The position numbers and the translations under genes were made by a program. From Octopus bimaculoides (taxonomy: Eukaryota): a stretch of DNA of 64,000 nucleotides. Below are positions 27,823-40,195 of the stretch, piece after piece (the stretch's first letter is position 1; each line of letters starts with the position of its first letter). A model generated the notes under the pieces. The model saw only the letters and a program-made list of their open reading frames with translations, did no database searches and was not told the origin of the DNA. The stretch is taken from NCBI RefSeq assembly GCF_001194135.2, contig NC_068999.1:22320541-22384540 (forward strand), written 5' to 3'.

Positions 27823-30809
27823 AATTTTACTAATCCTGATGGTACGAAATTGCCAATTTTATCTCAGTAGGATTTGAAACCAGAAAGATAAGAAACTGAC
27901 TTAATAGGCACCTTACAGAAGCAGCTATTGTCTTATTGTGTACTCAGCCTTCTGTATGAGAAAACAAAAATGATCTTTACAATAGGGTTGCAGACAAAAG
28001 GTTAGAATGGTAACATAACACATACTAGAAGATGTAAGTTAAACCCAAAAACTGTGGAAAGTACAAGGTTTTGGTTAATAACAGAATGATAATGTTGTAG
28101 AAATATAACATTAAAAATACCAAGTTGAGCATGGGTGTCAAGAATGATAACAGATTTTTGACATGATCTAAGGTTTATAGGTAAAAAGAAAAATTAGTGT
28201 AGGTGTGTGCTTAACATTCATACCTTTTACAGTAAGACAAGTGATAATGGCTACATCGAAAAGTCAACACTAGATTATGGCCTTAGCTTTTAGAAGGTTT
28301 ACATTTTTGTTTGCGGGGAGGGGGATCCAGCTTATTGATAAGGGAATGATAACATACGGTAAGTATAAGATAGAGGAAGGGTAGAAACATTAACACTGGT
28401 GCATTAGATTAAATGCATTTCTGAGGTGATAAAGGAGTCTCCATGAGGTTGCATGACATGCTAGAAATAGATGCCAAATTCCTACAAATTATACTCCACA
28501 ATGTTTATAAGGAAGGACACACAATATAATGTGGTCTTAAATATAAAACTAACAGGATGGCCATGGCTGTAATACCTTCAATCATAGTTCTGCTCAATCA
28601 TAGACAGCCTAGGGCTAATCAGCAACAAATGATATATTTCAGTATTCAGTTCAATTTCTTTGTTCTGAAAGTTGATTTTTTTTCCTTTGTTCTTTACAAA
28701 GTTGATAAACTAGGTAGCAGGCATGTACTGAGGTTAACTTAATTAACTATTCTCCACCTTATAAAGCTGTGGCCTGATTCCAAAGTAAGAAATCAATAAG
28801 TAGTGACTATATACCTCATGCATTAAAAATCAGAAAGAGGAAGAACATGACTCAAACCGACTTACTCAACTGATGGGAGTAATATAATAATTTATTCCAA
28901 AGTTTCTCTTCAGTTCATCTAACTTTTTGGTTCTGATGACAATTGGTAACAAAGAAGTTAGATGAACTAAAGAGAAACCTTGAAATAAATGTTAGTCAAG
29001 CAAATACAGTACCGACAGTAGTACATTACAATAGAACTAAACAATAGAGAAAGTGATTCAAAAGGTGGTATCAGTACATGAGCCCAATTATCTTTCATCA
29101 ACTAACACTAAGTAACAGATATTTACTCACAAAAAAGATTAAAGCTTAATGAAATGTAAGATAAAGATTGGAGAAATTGACCTTATTTTTTCTTTCATTA
29201 GTTGGCAGATACATAAAAGAAGCTTTGTGAACAAATACGTACACACATGCAAGTACATTCACCCCCAACACCAACACGCACACTATAGGCTTGGCAAAAT
29301 TTCTAACTATTGTTTTAAAATTCGTCCTTCTCAGAAAATAAGCTTTCAACAGGGATACATTCTGCACCTTTTACACTAATCTTATTTATACACAAAGATC
29401 ATTTGAATTTTAAACACAAAGTACCTAGCAGCTGCTTTAGAATACTAACAATAACTTTAGTGATCTAACAATGAAACAACTCCTAAGGTGTAGTTAATAT
29501 TTCACACTCAAGAACTGACTCTTGTCCTTGTCCAACTCTAATCCTTGTCATCTACAGAGTTTTATTCCAGTCTTAAGAAACATGTCTGGGTATTTTTGAT
29601 CCCTAAGAAGGGCAATATCCTTGACACAGCTACATCCAATTTTCAATACTTCAAACACTTAAAAGATAATGGAAAAGCTGTGACTTATTTTACAATCTTG
29701 ACTTTCTTTCACACCAGTATATCTTCCATGACTCCAGATCTCACCAGTTATTGTGTACTCTTGAGGATTTTGAGGAAAGAAATATTGTTGCACTAGACAT
29801 CTGCAGAGACACCTTCTTGGTTAAATTTTCTGCTTATGGGCTTATGGGTTACAAATGCAACTCTTGCATTTAAAGTTTCCTGCCAGACCATAACATTGCT
29901 GTGCATGCAGATGGGACTCTCTCTCCAATCCACATTTTCAACTTATATACACCAATGTTCCAGTACATCTTCCACAGTCTTCGTTCAGTATATTCACAGC
30001 TTACTTGTCACTTTCAGCAATGCATGATACTATCCTTCATTCCTTATAGGTTTCTACAAAAGGATCATCCATCAATATTGAAGGGAGTGTAAAGGTCATG
30101 ATATTAATCCCTCTTTTTCTAACCAACTTAGGGGAAAAAAAACGTATTAGAAAATTTTTTTGAATATACTCATACAGACACACAATTTGATAATTATTGC
30201 AGAAAAATATGAATTCAATTTTCATTGTTTTTAAGATAGATGTTTATTTAATATATAGTCTCTTCAAAGAAGATGCAAGACAGTTGCATAATTTTAAAAC
30301 TAAGTAGATGCAGATACAAATGATTTAACAGAAAATCAGAAAAGGAGCATCTCAATAAATGCTTCCTTTGATTCATTGTCATTAGATATGAGTCTGCATC
30401 CAGTTACCATTTTAAAATTTATTCATGGCTCAATACCGTCACCAATGTTTCAGTGTGTGTGTATGTATGTGTGTGTGACTGCATGTGTGAGAATATACAG
30501 ATAGATATTTTAAGCTAAGAGTTTCTTTTCTTCATAACAAGATATAAAATGTCTAAATGATCACAAGGCAGGGAATTAGCCACATGCCATGTAGCTAGCA
30601 GACACAGAAAACTTTCAATTACAACGAAGGCATGATCTCAGTACATAATAAACGCATATACTCTATATGACATGAGGTGCAGACTAGGGCAGCAGAATAA
30701 AACTCCATTAGATACCAAATGTACCAACAGCTGGGACAAAGGCATATACAGGAATGATGATGTGAAACACCCAGACTGAAGAAGCCAGAAAGACCATGGT
30801 GGTGCTCTA

Positions 30810-31098
30810 GCATGACCATGGCCGCATGGCTGGACTGGCTCCTGTGCAGGTGGCACGTAAAATACACCATTTCGAGTGTGGCAGTTGCCAGTACCTCCTG
30901 ACTGGCCTTCATGCCGGTGGCACGTAAAAGCACCCACTACACTCTCTGAGTGGTTGGCGTTGGGAAGGGCATCCAGCTGTAGAAACTCTGCCAAATCAGA
31001 TTGGAGCCTGGTGTAGCCATCTGGTTCACCAGTCCTCAGTCAAATCGTCCAACCCATGCTAGTATGGAAAGCGGACGTTAAACGATGATGATGATGAT
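30810..31098 (+). mobile_element. SINE-like family A copy
   Basis: Ends GGAAAGCGGACGTTAAACGATGATGATG; reverse complement of the 3978 and 12488 copies. Confidence 0.85.
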
Positions 31099-31360
31099 AT
31101 ANNNNNNNNNNNNNNNNNNNNNNNNNNNNNNNNNNNNNNNNNNNNNNNNNNNNNNNNNNNNNNNNNNNNNNNNNNNNNNNNNNNNNNNNNNNNNNNNNNN
31201 NNNNNNNNNNNNNNNNNNNNNNNNNNNNNNNNNNNNNNNNNNNNNNNNNNNNNNNNNNNNNNNNNNNNNNNNNNNNNNNNNNNNNNNNNNNNNNNNNNNN
31301 NNNNNNNNNNNNNNNNNNNNNNNNNNNNNNNNNNNNNNNNNNNNNNNNNNNNNNNNNNAT

Positions 31361-31958
31361 ATATCATCATCGTCGTCATTTAACGTCCGCTTTCCCTGCT
31401 GGCATGGGTTGGACGGTTTGACTAAGGACGGTTTGACTGAGACTGCAACAAGCTCAATCTGACCAGGCAAAGTTTCTACAGCTGGATGCCCTCCCTAATG
31501 CCAACCACTCCAAGAGTGTAGTGGGTGCTTTTATGTGACATAAGCATTAGCACCAATCAGGAGGTTCTGGCAACGACCATGCTCAAAAGGTGTTTTTTAC
31601 ATGCTACCTGCACAGGAGCCAGTCCGGCAGCAGTGGCAATAACCACGCTTGACTGTTGTTTTTCACATGACACCAACACATGTGCGGGTAGGACACCTCT
31701 GGCAATGATCACGCTCGGATGTGCTTTTAGCGTTCCACTAGCACGAGTGCCAATCAGGTACTGTGATAAGCCATGTCAGCAATTTTGATTTGTTTTCAGT
31801 TGCCTCAATATGCCTTCGCAAGTGAAGTTCATTGTTCAATGAATGAGGGGTACTCATAAGTGGGCCGGTTACACCGCACGTTCGGATGTGTTTTCAACAT
31901 TCCACTGGCACGAGTGCCAATTAGGTGGTACTGTCATTGGCCACGTCAGCGATTTTAA
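31361..31958 (-). mobile_element. Long family A copy with internally repeated modules
   Basis: Tail on the left (CATCATCGTCGTCATTTAACGTCCGC). Repeated TTCCACTRGCACGAGTGCCAAT near 31733 and 31900. Confidence 0.7.
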
Positions 31959-31959
31959 G

Positions 31960-32309
<350 letters not shown>

Positions 32310-32427
32310 NNNNNNNNNNNNNNNNNNNNNNNNNNNNNNNNNNNNNNNNNNNNNNNNNNNNNNNNNNNNNNNNNNNNNNNNNNNNNNNNNNNNNNNNNNN
32401 NNNNNNNNNTATATATATATATATATT

Positions 32428-32701
32428 ACGGAGATGTACTTGCATAGCAAGTGACCTGTCCTGAGATTGTGTGCTGGAACGAAAACAATTGCTGCGTGGA
32501 AGGTGTTTATAAGCCAGTTAAAATAACACACAAAAGCCATCAGATTCACTTCAACATTTAGATTTAATTTGTCAGTGAACAGGTCGCGGTCTCAAAGCGA
32601 CGAAAATATTTTGACAAATTAAATTTAAATGTTGAAGTGAATCTGACGGCTTTTGTGTGTTATTTTAAATGGCTTATAAACACCTTCCACGCTGCAATTG
32701 T
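32428..32701. repeat. Fold-back of a dispersed, probably Penelope-derived repeat: 90-bp arms (32485-32574, 32612-32701), 4 mismatches, 37-nt loop
   Basis: Direct base comparison; mirrored peptides in the ORF track (MNLxAFVCYFxWLINTFHAAIV). The loop sequence recurs in reverse near 63660-63690. Confidence 0.9.
32568..32618 (+). ncRNA. Minimal type I hammerhead ribozyme-like motif, G3:C8 variant with an extra nucleotide after A9
   Basis: UUUGUCA-GUGAACA-G-GUCGC(GGUCUCAAA)GCGAC-GAAA-AUAUU-U-UGACAAA. All three helices and core positions map; helix III is the self-complementary AAUAUU. Activity untested. Confidence 0.6.
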
Positions 32702-33718
32702 GTTATATATATATATATATATATACACATTCACAAAGCTTTGGATGGTCCAGGGCTATAGCAAAAGATACTTGCCCAAGCTACAATGCAATGGGACTGA
32801 AGTCTGGAATCAGGTAGTTAGAAAGGAAACTTCTTAACTTCAAGCCATGCCAGCACCTATATATATACACACACAGATATAAAATGTATTCCTCAATTAA
32901 TATTGTATTAGTCCCCAACATATATACATGCGCATGAGTTGTTTATAATATACGCATTACACAATTTGCTTTTCACACATACAAGGAAGACCTTTCTTGC
33001 CAATGCTGCTTGAACTACCTTTTTTCTCCCTTCCTGAAGCTGCTATAATATTCCTAAAGCTACCTTCAATTAGATCATCTAATTAATAGAAACTGTCAAC
33101 CTCTTATCTAGCAGCTCATCTGAACAGTTCATGAACTACCTTTAATAGTCATCCATCAAAATGCAACCTGATTTTGATAAATACAAGTTTGTCATTTCAT
33201 TTGCAAATGCCAAATTTGGAATCTACTCAATTATAAATTCATTCGAATAAATTGGTAAGCAAAGTTCGATATGATAACATGTACTTACAAATTCAGTGAC
33301 ACAGTAAAGAAAACCTGTACTACATCTTTATTGATTTCAAGAAAATATTTAGCACATCCTTTAAAAAGGTGCCAATGAGAAGTAGAATAGCTTTGTCAAT
33401 GGTCTTGTCAAAATTCTAGAACATATATTTGAAAGATACCAATGCATCTTAGTAATGACAACATAGGAAAAGAGTTCTACATAAAAACTGTAACCAAAGA
33501 AGGATATATTGCCTTTCTCTAATAAGAGTATTTAAAAAAATTATGATAGATATCCTGGAAGATCATATTGGAACAGTCAGCAGATGATGAAAGATCTCCA
33601 ATTTATGATTCTGTCATTGATTTAAATGCACAAACATATGAACCTGCTATGACAGAACATTTTCTGACATATAAATGAGTGCTAGAAACCTAACTGATGA
33701 AAAATAAAATTAGGATGA

Positions 33719-34046
33719 AGATGCCGGCGGCACGTGTAAAGACATTCGAGCGAGATCATTGCCAGTGCCGCTGGACTGGCTCCTGTGCAGGTGGCACGTA
33801 AAATACACCATTCTGAGCGTGGCCGTTGCCAGTACCGCCTGACTGGCTTTTGTGCTGGTGGCACTTAAAAGCACCCACCACACTCTCGGAGTGGTTGGCG
33901 TTAGGAAGGGCATCCAGCTGTAAAAACTCTGCCAAATCAGATTGGAGCCTGGTGTAGCCATCTGGTTCACCAGTCCTCAGTCAAATCATTCAACCCATGC
34001 TAACATGGAAAGCAGACGTTAAACGATGATGATGATGATGATGATG
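33719..34046 (+). mobile_element. SINE-like family A copy
   Basis: Same body as 30810-31098, ending GACGTTAAACGATGATGATG. Confidence 0.85.
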
Positions 34047-37000
34047 CCATAATTTATTTTCCAAAATATCAACAACTAAGAAGTATGTAGCAGAATCAGG
34101 TATGTCATTCGTTTTCATAAAGAAATTCTTTAAAGAAACACAAGCTAAAAGGGTATCGTCATGTTTACAAGAAAACTGACTTTGCAAAGCTTTATGTCTA
34201 AAGAAAGAAAGGATGGCATCAAAAAATGAAATGGACTGTCCACTGTCAGTATTCACAAGGCAGCAAGATATCAGGATGCTTGACAGAAAATACTTATTAG
34301 ACCTACACTGACTGAACAGATGTGAGAAGTTCAATGAAGATACGAATCATGATTTTAAATTCTATAAAATTCAGAAAAATGTTAGGTACAAGTGCAGTGA
34401 AGAAGATAAAATATAACACAAACTCTTCATCATCCTCATTTAAAACCCACTTTTCCATGCTTGCATGGGTCAAATGGAACTTCTTGAGGGAGATTTTCTA
34501 AAGCTGAATGCCCTTCCAGTTGCCAACCCTCATCTGTTTCCAAGTAAGATATTTTTTCCCCATGATCAGACATGTTATCATGGAAGACTGGAAATGTAGG
34601 ACACTGCTTGCATGATGGTGACACACAATGTCAAAGGAGATAGTAATACATATAAGCACACACTCACATACCCCCCCCCACATACATACATGCATGCATG
34701 CATGCATACATAGACAGGCTTCTTTCAGTTTCTGGCAACCAAATCCATTCACAAGGCCTTGGTCAACATGATACAATAAAGAAGACACCTGCTTAAAGTA
34801 CCATGCACTGGGACTGAACCAGAAACCATGTGACATGGAAGGAACCTTCTTACCATATAACCATGTCTGCTCCAATCCTATGGTTGTAAATATATTTTTA
34901 TGCAGGAAAACTGGATGGCAGGAGTTTCTCTTCTTTATGAATGCTTCGCTTTGTAGAGAACAAGTTGTTAGTCTTTTCATGTGGCAGCTCAACCTGCTAA
35001 AAATAGCAAACAAATCTGCCTCAAATTACACCCAACTGTCTTTGGAAAAGACACATTGGATAATGTGGTTCTACATTCTTCTAAAATGCCTGATGATTGT
35101 GACTGGAATATCTTTGATCACAAGTTCTGCTTGATCAGAGGGGATTGAGGCAACACAACAATAAATCAATTTCATTTTTACAGAAAATGTGTTTACTAAG
35201 GCAAAGTTGACCAGTAGTGGTGAAACCAGATTACAAAAACCTGAAAATGGGGAGGGGGGAACTTTAAACAAACCTTTATCTACAAAAGCTAGATAGTTAA
35301 ACATCAGTGCAAAAGAAATAAATATATCATATAACAAAACTAATCTGGTATTATGTCGAGATATATAGACATTAAGAACCACTATAATTTCCGAAGAGGA
35401 AGATGAAATTTAGTACAGAAAATGCAACGTTGTTTTTCTCTTTTACCACATGATTTAAAATGCCATGTCACTCTACAGGTGGAATTTTTAGTAGGGTCAG
35501 TAAGAACAATATAGTCATGCACCACATAAAAAAAATGCATGAGTGCCAGCAGTTTGTCCAAGGTCTTTAGTCCCAAACCAGTTTTTGGCTCTAGTTAGCG
35601 AAAAGCAAATTAATGACTTATAGTACAAAGATATTGAATACTAACTGGATCCAAATGAATTTCATTAGCGAATTTCATTTCAATTTTTTTTTCCTTATGA
35701 ACTATATTCTTAAATAATTCATATATTAAATCGTAAGCGTTACAGTGTAATTCCAAGCAAAACCTTTTCTTCTAATTTTTCTATTCTATATAATGACAAA
35801 CGTTAATTATTTTACATTTTGCTCAGAAAGTGGGGAAAGGGATTCCGGCATCTGGGTCAAAGAGAATTTCTAAAATGCACTATCCTTCGTTGGGTCATAC
35901 CATTAACAAGATGGGTACACACAAACCAACAGCGACAGTGAGGTTGCAAAGAAATGAGTTTCGTCCAGCCTCTAGAAAAGCATTAACTTATATCTTCTCG
36001 AGGGAAAGATGACTAGAAAAAAAAAAAAAAGAATCCCTGGTAGACAGGAACATCTAACATTGACTTAAGAAAAAAAAGAAAAAAAACGTTATATGATATA
36101 GCAGTAACCTTTCGATCACAATCTAATTAGAAACAGATTCTATAAAATCATTAGTCACTTCGAAATGGAATGTGGACAAAATAAAATAAATTATGAACAT
36201 ACCATACACATGGAAGTATGCATACATATAGAGAATGGGGATATTTAATAATTAAAACCATCTGATATGCTCACGTATTATTACTTTCTTTATAAAATTC
36301 ACTTATATACTGTTAATGAAAGAAAAAGAAAATCTAGAACTCTATTTTGAATGACTAATTTTCGGAAAAGCTTTAAGCAATAAAACATCTGCCTCAATAA
36401 CTGAAAAATGCCTCAAATATGCAAATGAGACAACACGGAAAAATAGTTGAGTTTTTATGTAGGTGTGTGTATACATACATATCTGTATGTTCAATCATAC
36501 ATTGACTCATTAAATAGCTAAAAAAATATAAGTTGGTGTGCTATGATTGTATAGAATGCATGTTAGTATGTAAGAGTAGTAACCAACAATATTGCTAATA
36601 TGGATTAGTTAGATTTCAAGTCAGTGAAAAGAAAATAATTGAAATTAACCAAATTAACAGATATGACAACAGGCTCACTATAGGTAGATTCTAAAAGTGA
36701 CAGATATAACTAGTACACACTACAAGCTAGCGTACTTGTTGCTACTGATGAATGCTGGGGCAAGATAAAAAACTAAAAATATTGTCTTCAGATGAGGGTG
36801 TGGGTCTAGAATTGGTTAACCTATATTTTTGTCTAAGAATTTTACAAGCGATATAATTTTTTTTTGAAAGTGGATGTAGTTTTATTTGAATAAGAGCAGC
36901 AAATAGAATATACTTTAGTCGAAGAACAGGATTGCCATAAGGGCCTTAGCGATTACAAAACATATAAACATAAATTACTCGCTTCAAAAATACATGCAAT

Positions 37001-37984
37001 AAAATATTCACTACACAAACATGCGCACTCGTCGAACACACTTGCTACACTAGTTGAATGTATCATCAGCTTTCCCATCATCAAACCTTATGCACTGAAC
37101 ATTTAACATTTTAAAGCTTCAATTTAAACATGTGTTTTAAAAGTTTTATTATGTTTATCCAGTGAAAATACAATTGCTTATTCTAAATAGATCGACAGCT
37201 TCGGATGCACTATTGCTCACTGGAATGTTGTAATCTAAAAGCTAAGTAACAATAGACATAAGCTCGTTTCTGCTTTCCTTCAATTTCCCTTTCATGTAAG
37301 TTAGGAGCTTTCCTAATGACACGCACCCAGTCCACATATACATGTATGAGAGAGAGAAAGACAGAGAGAGTTCCAGTAATGTATTTCAGCCAAAGAGAGG
37401 CTTCTCTCATCCATTAGAGGGGTGGGAGATCTAAAACCATTAATTAAACACTTACTAAGACATGTATTCATTGAGAGAGGTGGAGAGATTGTTTCTCATT
37501 CACTCTTACCCCGACTTCAGAAATAAATTAATTTCATAAGAAATATCACATTTTCAAAGGAGAAATAAAAGAATATCTGAAGGCACGCTTAATTGCACAA
37601 TATATATTTGTTTTGGAATTTTTGTTTCTTGTTTATTTATTTACATTCATTTTCAAAAATATGCTAAAACATGTCAATAAAATACGTAAAATTCCGGAAA
37701 CTGGCATCTAAATTCTAAATAATGATAATAATAAGGGTTTACATTAAGAAAAACGTTGATAATATAATGAAAATTGTTGTATACTGTGCTCAGGTGCACA
37801 TAATTTTATCAATTTTTGCAGGAATGGATTAAATCGACATCAGTTAATTACAAGTATTTATTTTTCGACCATTGAAGAAGATTAAGACAAAGCGGCGGAA
37901 TCTGAACTTGGAAATGAAGTGGCAGGGGGCGAAACTACTACAATATATTTAGAAGCCTCTTCCACCGACACAAGACTTACGATC

Positions 37985-38024
<40 letters not shown>

Positions 38025-39319
38025 TTAATAGTCGTGATGATGAGCTGAAAAGAAAAAAAAAAAACGACCCTTTTAATTCTGAGAGAAAACTTCCCCTGAC
38101 AATGCCTTTACTGACTAGGAAAAGAAACAGATGAAGTATCAAACCACCATCAGTGAGCATCAAAACCAAGCTTGTAACTTCTCTCCTCCAGACATTCAGA
38201 TTACTTCTTTCAAACAAGAACCTGTCAGAGAACCGACAAAGAACCAAATCCTCTCACAACTAATGCCATAACATCAATAAAGTGAAACACGATACATATC
38301 AGTATTTATTCTTTTGTTAAGATCTTCTATAATAAAAAGGGAATTAGTAGCGATCTCATTTTCAGGAGATAAACAGACATGGTATGAGTGTGAAGCTGTA
38401 TTCTTCATAAGACTTTCTTCGTCAGTTTAATGGTTGACAGTTTCCGCCCCACTTTTTTCGATGGCTCTACACAAAATGCACTTCGCAGTGCATAGCCTTC
38501 GAATGAGCCAACATTTATACTCGTGCTTAATTAATGATATACAATAAAATGCATTCTGCGGTATTGTCGGCATCGCAAATGAGAAAATTAAAGAATTTTT
38601 TCCGTACACACACGCATACTTTACACACACACACACACAGGGAGAGAGAAAGAGAGAGATCGATCGATCCAGGCAGATTCCAAAAATGCTTAGTTTTAAA
38701 TATTTTAGACTTAGATGAGAAGATTCACTTATGCAGATGTATAGATCTGTTTAATAGATTAGGAAGAACAAACAAAACCGGTATATTATTATTGCACAAG
38801 ATAGTTGCATAAAACATCAAGATACTATTATATAGACACAAATACATGAGTAATAGTAATAAATAACTAATTAAATGTTCGAATATATGAGGACAAGCAT
38901 TTAGAATTTTACATTAATCCTGTGATGTAAGGGTTTATAATGCTACTGCTATTATGTAGTTTGCAGTGTAAGAACCATTCGAGAATCAGCACTAGGAGAT
39001 TCATATTGACATTAGGGTTAGTCGGTTTAGCCATCGTTGAAGCATCGGATAAGAACGACTGGTCATGTTATAATAGTCATAGCTGATTCCTTGATTCAAC
39101 GGCACGCCCGCCTGCTATTCTACATTGTGACATAAGTCTGAAAAATTCGATTTTCATAATATTGCTTTTAACAACAAATGAATCATCATCTATATCAATA
39201 CAATTGACGTTGACATGTACAAACAGCTGGGATAGTTCAGGGTTTGACAAATTTAAAAAGAGGAAACAAATAAGAAAATATAGGATGGTTTAGGAGAATG
39301 TTTTAGGTTCTTTACTTAC

Positions 39320-39732
39320 GGCTCTGATTCTAAACTTTTGAGCTTTGCAACATAATTTGATGGTATATATCCTTCATGCTTAGTAGTCCGAGACCTGGCA
39401 TACCACCAGTCACCCTGCGTGTCGTTCACTATTTCCAAATGTTCTCCTTTTTTGAAACTCAAATCTTCATCTGTTCGAGCATCGTAGTCATACAAGGCAA
39501 CAAATATTTTCATCTGAGAACCCCCGAAAACTTCTACAGGCGTATCTGGTTGAGTGGCTGTAGGAGTACAAGGTGTAACATTGCCCATGGTCAGCGGTGG
39601 GCTGGTAATGGGTAATACGCTCCCGGGGGAATCAGGCAGGGTACCATTGGGATCTTGTGGGGTTCGTGAACCACCACTCAGATCGCCAATGGGCCCATTT
39701 GAATCATCGGGGCAACTAAAACAGTTACCCAT
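39320..39732 (-). CDS. First coding exon of a Src-family non-receptor tyrosine kinase (Src42A/Frk-like): SH4 myristoylation motif, unique domain and complete SH3
   Basis: ATG in strong context (ACC-ATG-G). MGNCFS fits MGxxxS N-myristoylation with a nearby Cys. Canonical SH3: [62 protein letters not shown]. The exon ends in phase 2 (CC|GTAAGT, donor 39314-39319), just before the expected SH2 Trp. MGNC and ESEP match the Src42A group best. No later exons were found. Confidence 0.95.
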
Positions 39733-40084
39733 GGTTCCTGATCACAAATAAAATGTATTCTTTGCGATGCCTACGGATGAGGAAATAATAAGAACCGTAT
39801 CTCTTTAGTCTAGACACAGCGTCAATAAAGGATTCCCCAAACCGACATTACAGGAAGCCGTCAGCTGGAGAAAGAGGAAGATTAAGCAGATATCATTGAA
39901 TTCGTTTGTTAGGCTCAGCCAGGCTGTGGCTGGGACATCAGGGTACACCTCAAAGGTGTACACTAACAAGAGGAAACAGTGAGTACTTTAAAATAACTGT
40001 GAGCTGATAAATTTTCGCGGCGACCAAATTCCTACTAAGCAATCGTTTGTTAAAGTAATAGGAAAGTGTCTGTCAATAATAACT

Positions 40085-40195
40085 TTAATCCGATTGGCGA
40101 ATTTTATCTGTACGTTCTACAAGCAGCCAATCAAACAGACTTTATCATAACCAGCAAAAGATAAATCAACATGTGATTTGCATTGCGCATGTCCA
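40085..40195 (-). promoter_or_regulatory. Candidate proximal promoter of the Src gene: two opposite CCAAT (NF-Y) boxes and an NRF-1-like half site
   Basis: ATTGG at 40093-40097 (CGCCAATCG on minus), CCAAT at 40127-40131 (AGCCAATCA) and TGCGCATG at 40184-40191, in locally CpG-richer DNA about 350-450 nt upstream of the ATG. TSS not determinable. Confidence 0.4.

Noticed and set aside
37882-38247. Poly-Asn / poly-Leu ORFs on opposite strands
   Set aside because: They are driven by an (AAT)n tract and have no domain or convincing splice context.
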